A stretch of 64,000 bases of DNA from Candidatus Vogelbacteria bacterium RIFOXYD1_FULL_44_32 (lineage in GTDB: Bacteria; Patescibacteriota; Minisyncoccia; Phycocordibacterales; XYD1-FULL-46-19), in assembly GCA_001823065.1 (NCBI GenBank), contig MHTJ01000003.1, positions 181,460-245,459 of the forward strand, in the 5' to 3' direction. Each line of letters opens with the position of its first letter. Positions within the stretch are counted from its first letter, which is position 1. The position numbers and the translations under genes were made by a program. Below, piece after piece: positions 26,802-35,414 of this stretch. Under the pieces are notes generated by a model. It made no database searches. It was given only the letters and a program-made list of their open reading frames with translations, and had not been told where the DNA came from.

Positions 26802-27665
26802 ATGACCGCCGATTTTGTGGTAATTCTTTTTTATAAATTTGTTGATATCGCTAAACCCGAGGAACTTTTGGCTAGTCAGCGAGCTTTGGCCGGAAGCTTG
26901 GGTCTAACCGGGCGGGCCCTTATCGCCGAGGAGGGGATCAATGCTACTTTTGAGGGTACGCGCGAAGCCGTGGAAAAATATAAGACAGCGATGCGCCAGG
27001 ACCCACGTTTTGCTGATATCAAATATAAGGAAAGTGTGGGCACTGGCCAAGCCTTTCCTAAATTAAAAATCAAAGTCCGACCAGAGATTGTTACTTTGGG
27101 TGCGGGTCGGTTTAAGGTGGCCGAAGAAACTGCCACCAATCTTTCCGCTACTGAACTAGAGCGTTGGTATGAAGCTGGAGAGGATTTTGTCGTCCTTGAT
27201 CTACGTAATAGCTATGAACTAGCGTCTGGACAATTTGACCAGACGGTTGACCCAGAGCTGGTCAATTTTCGTGACTTAGGTGGCAAACTGCCGGAATTAG
27301 AAAATCTGAAAAACAAAAAAGTGGTGACAGTGTGTACTGGTGGTATTCGTTGTGAAAAAGCTACTTGTCTGCTTAAGCGAGAAGGATTTAAAAATATTTA
27401 TCAGTTGCAAGACGGCATTCATACTTATATGGCCCAATTCCCCAATCGACATTTTAAGGGGACATTGTTTGTGTTTGATAATCGGATGACCACTGACGTG
27501 GTAGCTTTGCCAGCCAAAGAAATTATTGGACGCTGTTTGTATTGTGCTGGTCAAACCGAAAATTATGCCTGTGACGACTCGGTGCGACCATCGCGTAAAA
27601 TATTATGTTGTGTTGATTGTTTTGAGGACAGAAAAGATATCCTGCGGGCAAGTGTGGCGGTCTAA
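26802..27665 (+). CDS. Rhodanese-domain protein of the UPF0176/YceA (TrhO, tRNA U34 hydroxylase) family
   Basis: N-terminal YceA-like region. Rhodanese active-site loop CTGGIRCEK. C-terminal Cys cluster. Confidence 0.7.
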   Translation: MTADFVVILFYKFVDIAKPEELLASQRALAGSLGLTGRALIAEEGINATFEGTREAVEKYKTAMRQDPRFADIKYKESVGTGQAFPKLKIKVRPEIVTLGAGRFKVAEETATNLSATELERWYEAGEDFVVLDLRNSYELASGQFDQTVDPELVNFRDLGGKLPELENLKNKKVVTVCTGGIRCEKATCLLKREGFKNIYQLQDGIHTYMAQFPNRHFKGTLFVFDNRMTTDVVALPAKEIIGRCLYCAGQTENYACDDSVRPSRKILCCVDCFEDRKDILRASVAV

Positions 27666-27746
27666 GTTGGTCCCAGAATAGACTTTTTTGGGCTTGTGGG
27701 GTAGTAATATGGCTAGAATAGATGTTCAACCACAGGAGTTTGACTG

Positions 27747-28661
27747 ATGAAAGTTATTGTTGAATCAGCGGGTGGGCATACTCACCCAATCCCAAAAGGG
27801 ACAGATGAACTAATCAAGGCCCTACTCATCGAGTGTGGGTTTGCCGAGACATCGGAATGGATTGTGGTTCACGGCCCCGTGGTCAAAGGTAAGGCATCAA
27901 TGCCAGCCATCAAGGTCCTAGATCTGGACAGTGGACATAGTTCGATTCGTCTGCGGACCAAACCAGGCAACAACACCACCGCTCGGATTTGCTATCTTCG
28001 TCCACCTACAGGGTCAGGTATTTTACTGGAGGATTTGTATGACAAAATCAAGGGTAGGAATGGTTTTGTTTTGCCGCCATTAGTTACTTCGGCTGTGAAG
28101 AACCGCAGTAATTTGGTGACAAAGGAATCAAGCCAAGCCAACTCCGCTGAGCTGGCTAAGTTTTTGAGTAACCAGGTTTGTCTTCACGGGTTGCTTTCTA
28201 CTTTGTGGCCCGACGGCTACCTTGAAGATAAACTCCAAGTCGATGAGATCCGTAGTGCTATCGGCATTGCCTCCGGTCTGGAGCTTTCGTGGGCCCAACT
28301 GGTACAAGCAAGTAAGAAGCTCATTGACTTAGACTTTATAGCCAAGGTGCCAAAGTCAGGAGGAAAGGAGGTTCGGCTTGGTGTGGTGGGCAAAAAGTTG
28401 CTAGACGGCGCCGGCGAGATACAAAAGATAGTCAAGGTCGAACCCAGACCGGTTGTTTTGGCAAGCCCAGATCCATCTCCTGCTAAAGAGGATGCCAAAG
28501 TGGATCTGACGGCCGAACAAATGATGCTGGTCGAAATAAGTGGGCTGGAAAAAAAGCTTTCCCTGATTGAGGCCGAGAAAGAGGCCCTAGAGGAGAAGGC
28601 CAGGCCTGATCGCGAGCGACTCGAAAAGCTTCAGCGTGCTCTGGCGGTGCTTCGAGGTTAA
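27747..28661 (+). CDS. Hypothetical protein with C-terminal coiled coil, GC-rich
   Basis: AGGAG RBS. 304 aa. No family recognised. Confidence 0.5.
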   Translation: MKVIVESAGGHTHPIPKGTDELIKALLIECGFAETSEWIVVHGPVVKGKASMPAIKVLDLDSGHSSIRLRTKPGNNTTARICYLRPPTGSGILLEDLYDKIKGRNGFVLPPLVTSAVKNRSNLVTKESSQANSAELAKFLSNQVCLHGLLSTLWPDGYLEDKLQVDEIRSAIGIASGLELSWAQLVQASKKLIDLDFIAKVPKSGGKEVRLGVVGKKLLDGAGEIQKIVKVEPRPVVLASPDPSPAKEDAKVDLTAEQMMLVEISGLEKKLSLIEAEKEALEEKARPDRERLEKLQRALAVLRG

Positions 28662-28737
28662 TTATAACCGTGTAGGTCCCTTTGGGGTCTACGCGGTATT
28701 TTTGTGGCTAAACAAAATTTAAAAGTCGGTGTAGAAT

Positions 28738-28890
28738 AAACCAGTCCGCCCGTCTATCCTCGAGGCAGAGCCTCGGCGTATTGAGCGGACGGCAACAGGG
28801 CTGGTTTTTTGGAAGAGGAAGCGGCTCCGCCACTTCGTTTGTTAGTGCCTTACATTCCCGCCGCAAGCGGACCGGGTATTACGGCACACC
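28738..28890 (+). repeat. Intergenic hairpin/repeat element, copy A (shares ends and an internal motif with copy B at 55956-56030)
   Basis: AAACCAGTCCGCCCGTC...GGACGG...GGGCTGGTTTTTTGGAA, plus downstream CCGCAAGCGGACCGGGTATTACGG. Copy B reads AAACCAGTCTGTCCGTC...CGCCAGCGGACGGGGTATTACGCGGACAGC...GGGGCTGGTTTTTTGGAA. Confidence 0.55.
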
Positions 28891-28899
28891 AATAAAGAA

Positions 28900-29262
28900 A
28901 TGAAAAAAAATTTTAATGAAAAAATAGTTGGTCTTAGTATTCCAGATAGTGATATAAAAGGTTGGATGCAGGAATTACGGCAGTCTAAATTGACCCAAGC
29001 AGAAATTGATGATTTTCTGGCAAATTTAAATTTAACCTATGCGAACAAGCTTATGACTAGGGCCACTAAAGTAGAAAATGAGTTAAAAGGTTCGGTTGAA
29101 TATTTAGAGGATAAATATGGCCATCAAATTACTCCCGAAGCTGAGGATTGTTTAAGACAAATGATTGATAAAATGCTTTCCGATCATGAAAATAAAATAA
29201 ATATCGACAGGGGTGAAGAACTAAAACTCGAAGATGGTGATTATGAGCACGAACGGGGTTAA
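28900..29262 (+). CDS. Hypothetical protein (120 aa)
   Basis: Intact AT-rich ORF. Confidence 0.4.
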   Translation: MKKNFNEKIVGLSIPDSDIKGWMQELRQSKLTQAEIDDFLANLNLTYANKLMTRATKVENELKGSVEYLEDKYGHQITPEAEDCLRQMIDKMLSDHENKINIDRGEELKLEDGDYEHERG

Positions 29263-29350
29263 AGTTTGCGAGTAATAAATTGTCGTTATATACTCGTGGT
29301 AGGCATTTGGTCCAGGTGAAAAACTGTGCCCAAGCGGTGGAGGTACTAGA

Positions 29351-29614
29351 ATGCGTAGCCAACACGGTGTTTGCCGAAAATGTTTATGTACTCTAACCAG
29401 AACAAACTCCAACTACAAGGGGAGACGCAATGGTTTTTGTTTGGGGTGTCACGCAATTCACCAAGTCTTGTTGAAAGAGAAAAAGCAGAGTGTTAACAGT
29501 AACACTGCTAACCAGTCGGCGAAGGAAGGGCTAAACCGCCCCATGCCGGCCTTTTTTCGGGATATGGATTGGGATTTGTCCCTGAAGTATCCCGATTTCG
29601 GGGAGAAAAAATAG
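29351..29614 (+). CDS. Small zinc-ribbon protein (CRKC...GFCLGC)
   Basis: GGAGG RBS. Cys pattern CRKC-x17-GFCLGCHA. A paralogue follows. Confidence 0.45.
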   Translation: MRSQHGVCRKCLCTLTRTNSNYKGRRNGFCLGCHAIHQVLLKEKKQSVNSNTANQSAKEGLNRPMPAFFRDMDWDLSLKYPDFGEKK

Positions 29615-29620
29615 AACACT

Positions 29621-29660
29621 AAAGACCCGGGCGCGCGAAGCGCGCCCGGGTCTTCCTTGC
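29621..29660 (+). terminator. Hairpin terminator (weak T-run)
   Basis: AAAGACCCGGGCGCGCG-aa-GCGCGCCCGGGTCTT. It has the same GCGCGAAGCGCGC core as the terminator at 26172. Confidence 0.5.
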
Positions 29661-29706
29661 TATTTCAGCTGGAAACAGCTAAAACATATTTAGAAAGGAG
29701 GACAAG

Positions 29707-30072
29707 ATGTATGCAAAGCACCTTTGGTCAAGGGTTTGGCATCGCTACTTACCATATTTTCGTTGCCGAAAATGTCGGCGGTCATTATTTGGTTTAAGGC
29801 GAGATGCCAGTCCACGCTATTATGGCTATTGTGGTTATTGCTTTGCCGCGCGGTGTGAGGAATCATGCCTTCGTTGTTTAAAATCTCTGCACCAAAAAAA
29901 TACGGGGCGTCTAGGGCTATGTGCAGACTGTTTTATTTCGGAAATGGAACAAGGTCGCCTGGGTTTATATCTAACAAACCCAAGCGTCGAAGCGGACAGT
30001 ACTATGACTCCCTGGGATGAGTATGAACTGGAACGCGAGCTTGAGGAAGGGGAAGATGATGACGATTTTTAA
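29707..30072 (+). CDS. Zinc-ribbon protein with an acidic tail, paralogue of the preceding gene
   Basis: CRKC-x19-GYCGYCFA aligns with CRKC-x17-GFCLGCHA. Additional CxxC pairs. The C-terminal end reads EEGEDDDDF. Confidence 0.45.
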   Translation: MYAKHLWSRVWHRYLPYFRCRKCRRSLFGLRRDASPRYYGYCGYCFAARCEESCLRCLKSLHQKNTGRLGLCADCFISEMEQGRLGLYLTNPSVEADSTMTPWDEYELERELEEGEDDDDF

Positions 30073-30105
30073 TACCTGGTCGCTGGTCGACCAGGTATTA
30101 ATTTT
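30071..30105 (+). terminator. Terminator hairpin
   Basis: ATACCTGGTCG-ctg-GTCGACCAGGTAT followed by TAATTTTTA. Confidence 0.65.
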
Positions 30106-30110
30106 TATAA

Positions 30111-30143
30111 GAAAAAACCCACCATTAGGTGGGTTTTTTCTTT
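30111..30143. terminator. Bidirectional terminator
   Basis: AAAAAACCCACC-atta-GGTGGGTTTTTTC. Confidence 0.8.
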
Positions 30144-30145
30144 AA

Positions 30146-30373
30146 TTATTTAATACTACAGGATTTACAGCGACAGCCAGTGAGGGAGTAGATAGCCGAG
30201 AGGCCAACTAAAATATAGACAATGGCTTCAACTGTTGACCAACGACTAAATAGCCGTTCGACGACATTCCAGTTGCTACCTAAAAGCATTCCCAGACCAT
30301 AAAGACCCCAGTTAATAGCACCAATGATGACCAAAATCCAGGCCACACCAGCGGCGGAACATTTTTTGTGCAC
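30146..30373 (-). CDS. DUF378 family small membrane protein
   Basis: GAINWGLYGL motif and two TM helices. 75 aa. Confidence 0.65.
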   Translation of the reverse strand: MHKKCSAAGVAWILVIIGAINWGLYGLGMLLGSNWNVVERLFSRWSTVEAIVYILVGLSAIYSLTGCRCKSCSIK

Positions 30374-30473
30374 GTTTTTGAAAGGTTGAAATAATAAATA
30401 ATCGACCTTTTCTAACTATATGCTATATTATACTTTCGTTATTATTATTAGCGAAATAAGTTTTACACATCAT

Positions 30474-31178
30474 ATGTCAAAATCTATAGTTATGACGATA
30501 GTTATTCTAATTGTGATTATTTTGGGCGGTATCTGGTTTGCTTCTAAAGCCAAGACCCCTAGTATTATTGATAATACAGATAATGCCACTTCTACGACTG
30601 ATACATTGGTTAGTACTATGCCAGCTGACGGCAGTTATGAGCTAATCGCGAGTGCCACAAAAGTGGAATGGACTGGCACCAAATCCTTGATTGCCGATTA
30701 TAAAGATGTGGGCACAATTGGCCTCAAGGAGGGATCTTTTGCAGTGGCCGAGGGGAAAATTACCACTGGCAAAATTGTTTTTGATATGAAAACAATTGCT
30801 GGCGAGGAAACTTCAAACAAAGTAATGCCAATTGCTAATCTAGGTAAACATCTCCAATCGGCTGATTTTTTTGATGTGGTAAAATTTCCCACAGCGACCT
30901 TTAATTTAACTAGGGCCGAGGTGGTGGGGGGCTCAAATGGGGGCACTTTTATCTTTACCGGCGATTTGGAGTTGAAAGGGGTAAAAAATGAGGTCCAGTT
31001 TCCTGTAAAATTTAGCCAAAATCTGTCTGGCCAGACTCTTATGACTGGTGAATTTGAAATTGACCGCACTAAGTGGGACATAAAATACGGCTCAACTAAG
31101 TTTTTTCAGGATTTAGGGGATAATGTGATTGCGGATGAGGTAAATGTCAAGTTTGAAGCCACGGCGGAGGTAAAATAG
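30474..31178 (+). CDS. YceI-like periplasmic/lipid-binding domain protein
   Basis: Signal anchor, then a YceI-like beta-barrel segment (TKVEWTGTKS...FTGDLELKGVKNEVQFPVKF). The start was chosen at the ATG 54 nt inside the listed ORF. Confidence 0.6.
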   Translation: MSKSIVMTIVILIVIILGGIWFASKAKTPSIIDNTDNATSTTDTLVSTMPADGSYELIASATKVEWTGTKSLIADYKDVGTIGLKEGSFAVAEGKITTGKIVFDMKTIAGEETSNKVMPIANLGKHLQSADFFDVVKFPTATFNLTRAEVVGGSNGGTFIFTGDLELKGVKNEVQFPVKFSQNLSGQTLMTGEFEIDRTKWDIKYGSTKFFQDLGDNVIADEVNVKFEATAEVK

Positions 31179-31231
31179 GTTTAGTTTCTTTATCCACAAC
31201 GAGATTAGATGGTTTGTGCTAATATTAGAGT

Positions 31232-31561
31232 ATGCAAGATGTTGTTAATTCTCCGCTCTTTGTTATTATATCGGGCTTTGCTGATATTATTATTGTTGTC
31301 ATTTTTATTGCTGTCCTGATTTATGTGCTCCGCATTGTGCATAATCTGCAGGTTATTAGTAAAATTGCCAAGGACGAAACGGAAAAAATAGTCAAGGATG
31401 TTGAGAAAGCTCGTGATGATATTAAAGACGGTGTTGATATGACGAAAAAGCAAATTGGTGTTTTGGTCAGTGGTTTGGCGGCTCAAAAAATGATAAAATT
31501 TTTTATGAGTGCTAGTCGTCCAACTAAATCTGGTACCAAAAAAACTAATCGCCAGAAGTAG
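31232..31561 (+). CDS. Small membrane protein, hypothetical
   Basis: One TM helix plus a charged tail. Confidence 0.4.
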   Translation: MQDVVNSPLFVIISGFADIIIVVIFIAVLIYVLRIVHNLQVISKIAKDETEKIVKDVEKARDDIKDGVDMTKKQIGVLVSGLAAQKMIKFFMSASRPTKSGTKKTNRQK

Positions 31562-31600
31562 AATTAAGTTTAATTATTGTAAATTAACCCAATAACTTAT

Positions 31601-32017
31601 ATGGCAGAGAAGAAAATTTCCGCAAAAAATAGCTCAAATTTAGGTGCTGGCATTGCGATGGGGGTGGGTTTGGTGGCGGCCGCCGCCGGAGGCTATTTCC
31701 TCTATGGTCCACAAGGTAAGGCAAATCGTAAAAAAGTTAAGGCCTGGGGTATAAAAGCGCGGGGCGAGGTTTTGCACGAATTAGAAAAAATGAAAGACGT
31801 GTCGGCCGACAAGTATAATGAGACAGTGGAGAAAGTGATGGCCAAATACGGCAAGGTCAAAGGGGTGAGTGTCGAAGAAGTAGTTGAGCTTGGTGGTGAG
31901 CTTAAGCGCTATTGGAAGAAGATATCGGCCGATTTAAAAAAACAAACCGGCGCGGTGAAAAAAAAGAGCAATACTGTCCGTAAACTTGTCGCCAAAAAAA
32001 TTGCTCCTAAAAATTAA
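31601..32017 (+). CDS. Hypothetical lysine-rich protein with an N-terminal hydrophobic segment
   Basis: Intact ORF. Followed by (TAAT)x4 and a terminator hairpin. Confidence 0.45.
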   Translation: MAEKKISAKNSSNLGAGIAMGVGLVAAAAGGYFLYGPQGKANRKKVKAWGIKARGEVLHELEKMKDVSADKYNETVEKVMAKYGKVKGVSVEEVVELGGELKRYWKKISADLKKQTGAVKKKSNTVRKLVAKKIAPKN

Positions 32018-32039
32018 TTAATTAATTAATTTTCGCTCG

Positions 32040-32072
32040 CCCCACCCCACTTCGTGGGGTGGGGCTTTGGTT
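32040..32072 (+). terminator. Terminator hairpin
   Basis: GCCCCACCCCAC-ttc-GTGGGGTGGGGC followed by TTTGGTT. Confidence 0.65.
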
Positions 32073-32074
32073 AA

Positions 32075-32614
32075 ATGCTAAAAACTATTGATACTAGCCT
32101 TACTAATATAATTATCAATCTTCGCAGTAGCTGGCTGACGGATTTTTTCCTTGGTGCCACCTATTTGGGTAATCCCTGGCCTCTGGCTGTTATTTTAGTT
32201 GTTACCGTCTTACTTTTTTGGCAGGGGGGTAAAAAACGGGCTGGAATTGCAATTTTTCTAGGCACCAGCTTGGCGGTTTCACTTCAATATTTATTGAAGG
32301 TACTAATTGTAAGGGCTAGACCCGATAGTTTGGGTTCATTGATAGAGGTGACTGGCTATTCTTTTCCCAGTGGCCATGCCGCAGTCACTACCACTTTTTT
32401 TCTTCTGGCTGGCTTCTGTCTTTCAACTCTTAAACCACTTAAAAAATATCGTGGGTATATTTATGGCTGTGCATTTTTTCTAGCAATTACTATATCCTTG
32501 TCTCGGGTGTATTTAGGGGCTCATTGGCCATCGGATATTTTCGCTGGTTTTATTATTGGTTTAGCGGTCTGGCAATTTATTATCTGGCTTTTTTATCGGA
32601 GTAAGCTAAAATAA
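32075..32614 (+). CDS. PAP2-family phosphatase (undecaprenyl-diphosphatase/PgpB-like)
   Basis: PAP2 motifs SFPSGHAAVTTTFF and SRVYLGAHWPSDI. Multi-TM. Confidence 0.85.
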   Translation: MLKTIDTSLTNIIINLRSSWLTDFFLGATYLGNPWPLAVILVVTVLLFWQGGKKRAGIAIFLGTSLAVSLQYLLKVLIVRARPDSLGSLIEVTGYSFPSGHAAVTTTFFLLAGFCLSTLKPLKKYRGYIYGCAFFLAITISLSRVYLGAHWPSDIFAGFIIGLAVWQFIIWLFYRSKLK

Positions 32615-32621
32615 AATAATA

Positions 32622-33485
32622 ATGGATAATACACCTAGTAACCGTTTTTTGCGTCAGTTAGTTCATGAGTATCGAGGAGATAGAGTTGGTCTATATTCAG
32701 CTGCGTCTGCCTATTATGCGATTTTTTCTTTAGCCCCAATTATTGTCATTATCTCATTTATTTATACGTTTATTTTAGGCGAAACCAAAGCTAATTATAT
32801 TGGTCTAAATACGGCCTATCAATTTTTTGGTGCCAACGGGGTTCAGTTTTATACTAGCGCCACCGAGGCTCCCTTAAGTGGGACCTTGGGACTGATTGCG
32901 ATTTTGGCTTTAGGCCTTTTTATTTATGGTATTAGTCGGTTGTTTTCCAGTATTCATTCTAGTTTTGCAGATATTTTTAATTTTGCCATTGCCGGTGAAT
33001 CAGTTGTGGCGAGAACAGTCAAAAAGCACCTGTGGGTGGTCCTATATCTGAGTTTTTTATTGCTATTTATTCTAATTCTAGCCCTTAGCAATATTATGGT
33101 TAGTCTATTTGGAAATATTATTACGGCCGTATTTTTAATAAATTTAACCGGGGTTAAAGTGGTGTCTAGTAATTTTATTGCTACCCTTTTAGGGGCCACT
33201 TTCTGTTTAGCTATTATCTATCGGGTTGTTTCCGACCAAAAAATTGCCTGGCGCAGTGCTTTTATTGGCGGTGTGGCTGGGGCGAGCTTATTTACTATCA
33301 TCACGACTTTTTTTGGTCTGTTTGTATCTCATAGTGTGGTCATACCACTTTATGGCGCTGGGAGCTTTTTAGTGGCTTTAGTTTTATGGATTTATTATTC
33401 TGTACAGACCATGTTTTTAGGGGCGGAAGTGGCCAAAGTCTACCAATGCCGTTATCCGCGTCACCGGCAAAAGGTTTGTTTGTAG
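32622..33485 (+). CDS. YihY/BrkB-family membrane protein
   Basis: AASAYYAIFSLAPIIVI and a six-TM topology typical of YihY. Confidence 0.7.
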   Translation: MDNTPSNRFLRQLVHEYRGDRVGLYSAASAYYAIFSLAPIIVIISFIYTFILGETKANYIGLNTAYQFFGANGVQFYTSATEAPLSGTLGLIAILALGLFIYGISRLFSSIHSSFADIFNFAIAGESVVARTVKKHLWVVLYLSFLLLFILILALSNIMVSLFGNIITAVFLINLTGVKVVSSNFIATLLGATFCLAIIYRVVSDQKIAWRSAFIGGVAGASLFTIITTFFGLFVSHSVVIPLYGAGSFLVALVLWIYYSVQTMFLGAEVAKVYQCRYPRHRQKVCL

Positions 33486-33525
33486 GTTTGGGTAGCCACC
33501 GCTACTTTATGCTATAATTCTGATT

Positions 33526-34602
33526 ATGAATAATGAACTAATAAAAAGCCACAGTCTCCAACTATATTTTTTTGGATTATTGTTTATTTTAGCTACTTTT
33601 TTGGCTACCATGGTTTTATGGCCGTTTTTTAATAGTATTGCGATTGCTTTTGTTTTGGCAATAGTTTTTAAGCCAGTCTGTCGTTATTTTGAGGATGGAT
33701 TAAATTTCAAAAAAAGTTGGGCGTCAATCATTACGATAATAATTGTCATGATGGCGATTATATTGCCTTTGTCACTACTATTTAATCAGATTTTAAACGA
33801 AGCGCGTGGTGTATCTACCTACCTAGTAAGTACTAATTCTACGTCATATATTATTGATCTGGCTAATCAGGTGGAGGATTATATTGGTAAATTTGTACCG
33901 GGTTATGAATTGGATATTGAAATTTACGCCAAAAATATTTCTTCAGGAATTTTAAAAACGGCTTTACAAAATTGGAGCATAATTACCTCTGGTACCTTAT
34001 CGGTATTACGAGGGTTGTTGTCGTTTATGATTTCAATTGTTACTCTCTTTTTCATTTTTCGTGATGGCTCGGTTTTGCGAAAAAATATAATTCGTTATAG
34101 TCCGTTATCGGAGGATTTGGACCGGAAGATTATGACCAAACTTGAGGATACAATTTCCTCAGTCATTCGGGGGTCCTTTGCTATAGCGCTTATTCAGGGT
34201 ATTTTGGCTGGGATTGGGGTCTTAGCTTTTGGAGTGCCAAATCCAGCCCTGTGGGGGGTAGCCGCCTCCATTGGGGCCCTGATCCCAGGTGTGGGAACAG
34301 CTATAGTCATGATCCCAGCTACAATCTATTTATTTTTAACTGCTAATTTATTTTCCGCCATTGGGCTACTGGTTTGGAGTGTGGTGGTGGTGGGATTGAT
34401 AGATAATTTACTTCGACCATATTTTTATTCTAAAGGGATACATATTCACCCGGTGCTTATATTTTTGTCAGTCCTAGGTGGTATTTCGGCTTTTGGGCCT
34501 TTAGGATTTATTTTTGGGCCGTTGGCATTGTCCCTCTTTTTTACTTTGTTAGAAACTCATCACTCTTTTGTGTCTGATGAGGGTCTGCCAAAAAAGGTTT
34601 AA
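33526..34602 (+). CDS. AI-2E family transporter (UPF0118/PerM)
   Basis: Eight-TM architecture with the conserved C-terminal LRPYFYSKGIHIHPVLIFLSVLGGISAFGPLGFIFGP. Confidence 0.8.
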   Translation: MNNELIKSHSLQLYFFGLLFILATFLATMVLWPFFNSIAIAFVLAIVFKPVCRYFEDGLNFKKSWASIITIIIVMMAIILPLSLLFNQILNEARGVSTYLVSTNSTSYIIDLANQVEDYIGKFVPGYELDIEIYAKNISSGILKTALQNWSIITSGTLSVLRGLLSFMISIVTLFFIFRDGSVLRKNIIRYSPLSEDLDRKIMTKLEDTISSVIRGSFAIALIQGILAGIGVLAFGVPNPALWGVAASIGALIPGVGTAIVMIPATIYLFLTANLFSAIGLLVWSVVVVGLIDNLLRPYFYSKGIHIHPVLIFLSVLGGISAFGPLGFIFGPLALSLFFTLLETHHSFVSDEGLPKKV

Positions 34603-34608
34603 TGTAAT

Positions 34609-35355
34609 ATGAAAAAAATTATTTTATTTTTCGTTATATTACTCGTTGCAATTAGTTTTGTTTACTGGTTTCTAATTAAGGATTGGTTAACTATTGATAG
34701 AGTGCCCGAGACTAAACCGGTATTGTTAAATTTCTCTTTTGATTCTGGGGCTCGTCAATTTGTGGCGGAGGGCCAGGGTTTGTCAGCTGTGGAGGTCAAA
34801 GCCATTCCGACTGGCTCTGGGCTAACAGAGAAGGATCATCTAGCCTTGGGTGAAATGACTATTATTAATGAGGCTGAAAAGCAGACCTGGAATATGGCGG
34901 TACCAAAATACCCAATCTCAGTGTCAGAAATATACGCCGTTGGTTTTGATGAACAGGGTAATAAATTAGAACGGATTGCCTTGTCTATTTTAGGAGCGAC
35001 CGATATTTATGATGCATTGTGGAAGCAGATACCGTTTCAAGAAATTGTTTTAAAAGTTGGTCAAGTCCAAAATTTAGAGTCGATTGCCGTCAAATTGCTC
35101 GATGTTCCGGAGGATAATCGTTGTCCGGTTGGGGTCGAGTGTATCCAAGCTGGACGGATCACGGCTGACCTGGAAATAAATATTAATGGTCGAACAAGTC
35201 TAATCAGTCTAAAAAGTGATGAGGGGGAAAGACGGGTGGGTGGCGACTATTTTCTAAATATTACTAAAGTTGAACCCGAGGCCATTGAGGGCCAGACGAT
35301 TGACAGCACTGATTACAAAATTACATTTTACCTGACTAAAACTCTCAATCAATAG
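34609..35355 (+). CDS. Hypothetical secreted/anchored protein
   Basis: N-terminal TM. No family recognised. Confidence 0.45.
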   Translation: MKKIILFFVILLVAISFVYWFLIKDWLTIDRVPETKPVLLNFSFDSGARQFVAEGQGLSAVEVKAIPTGSGLTEKDHLALGEMTIINEAEKQTWNMAVPKYPISVSEIYAVGFDEQGNKLERIALSILGATDIYDALWKQIPFQEIVLKVGQVQNLESIAVKLLDVPEDNRCPVGVECIQAGRITADLEININGRTSLISLKSDEGERRVGGDYFLNITKVEPEAIEGQTIDSTDYKITFYLTKTLNQ

Positions 35356-35359
35356 AGAT

Positions 35360-35398
35360 AAAAATCCCCCCGCCGGCATAGCTGGCGGGGGGATTTTT
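35360..35398 (+). terminator. Rho-independent terminator
   Basis: AAAAATCCCCCCGCCGGC-ata-GCTGGCGGGGGGATTTTT. Confidence 0.85.
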
Positions 35399-35414
35399 GC
35401 TATACTATATCACT

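Noticed and set aside
32017-32036. (TAAT)n microsatellite after the 31601..32017 ORF
   Set aside because: Only four or five units. It simply provides stop codons in all frames ahead of a terminator and is not a meaningful repeat array.
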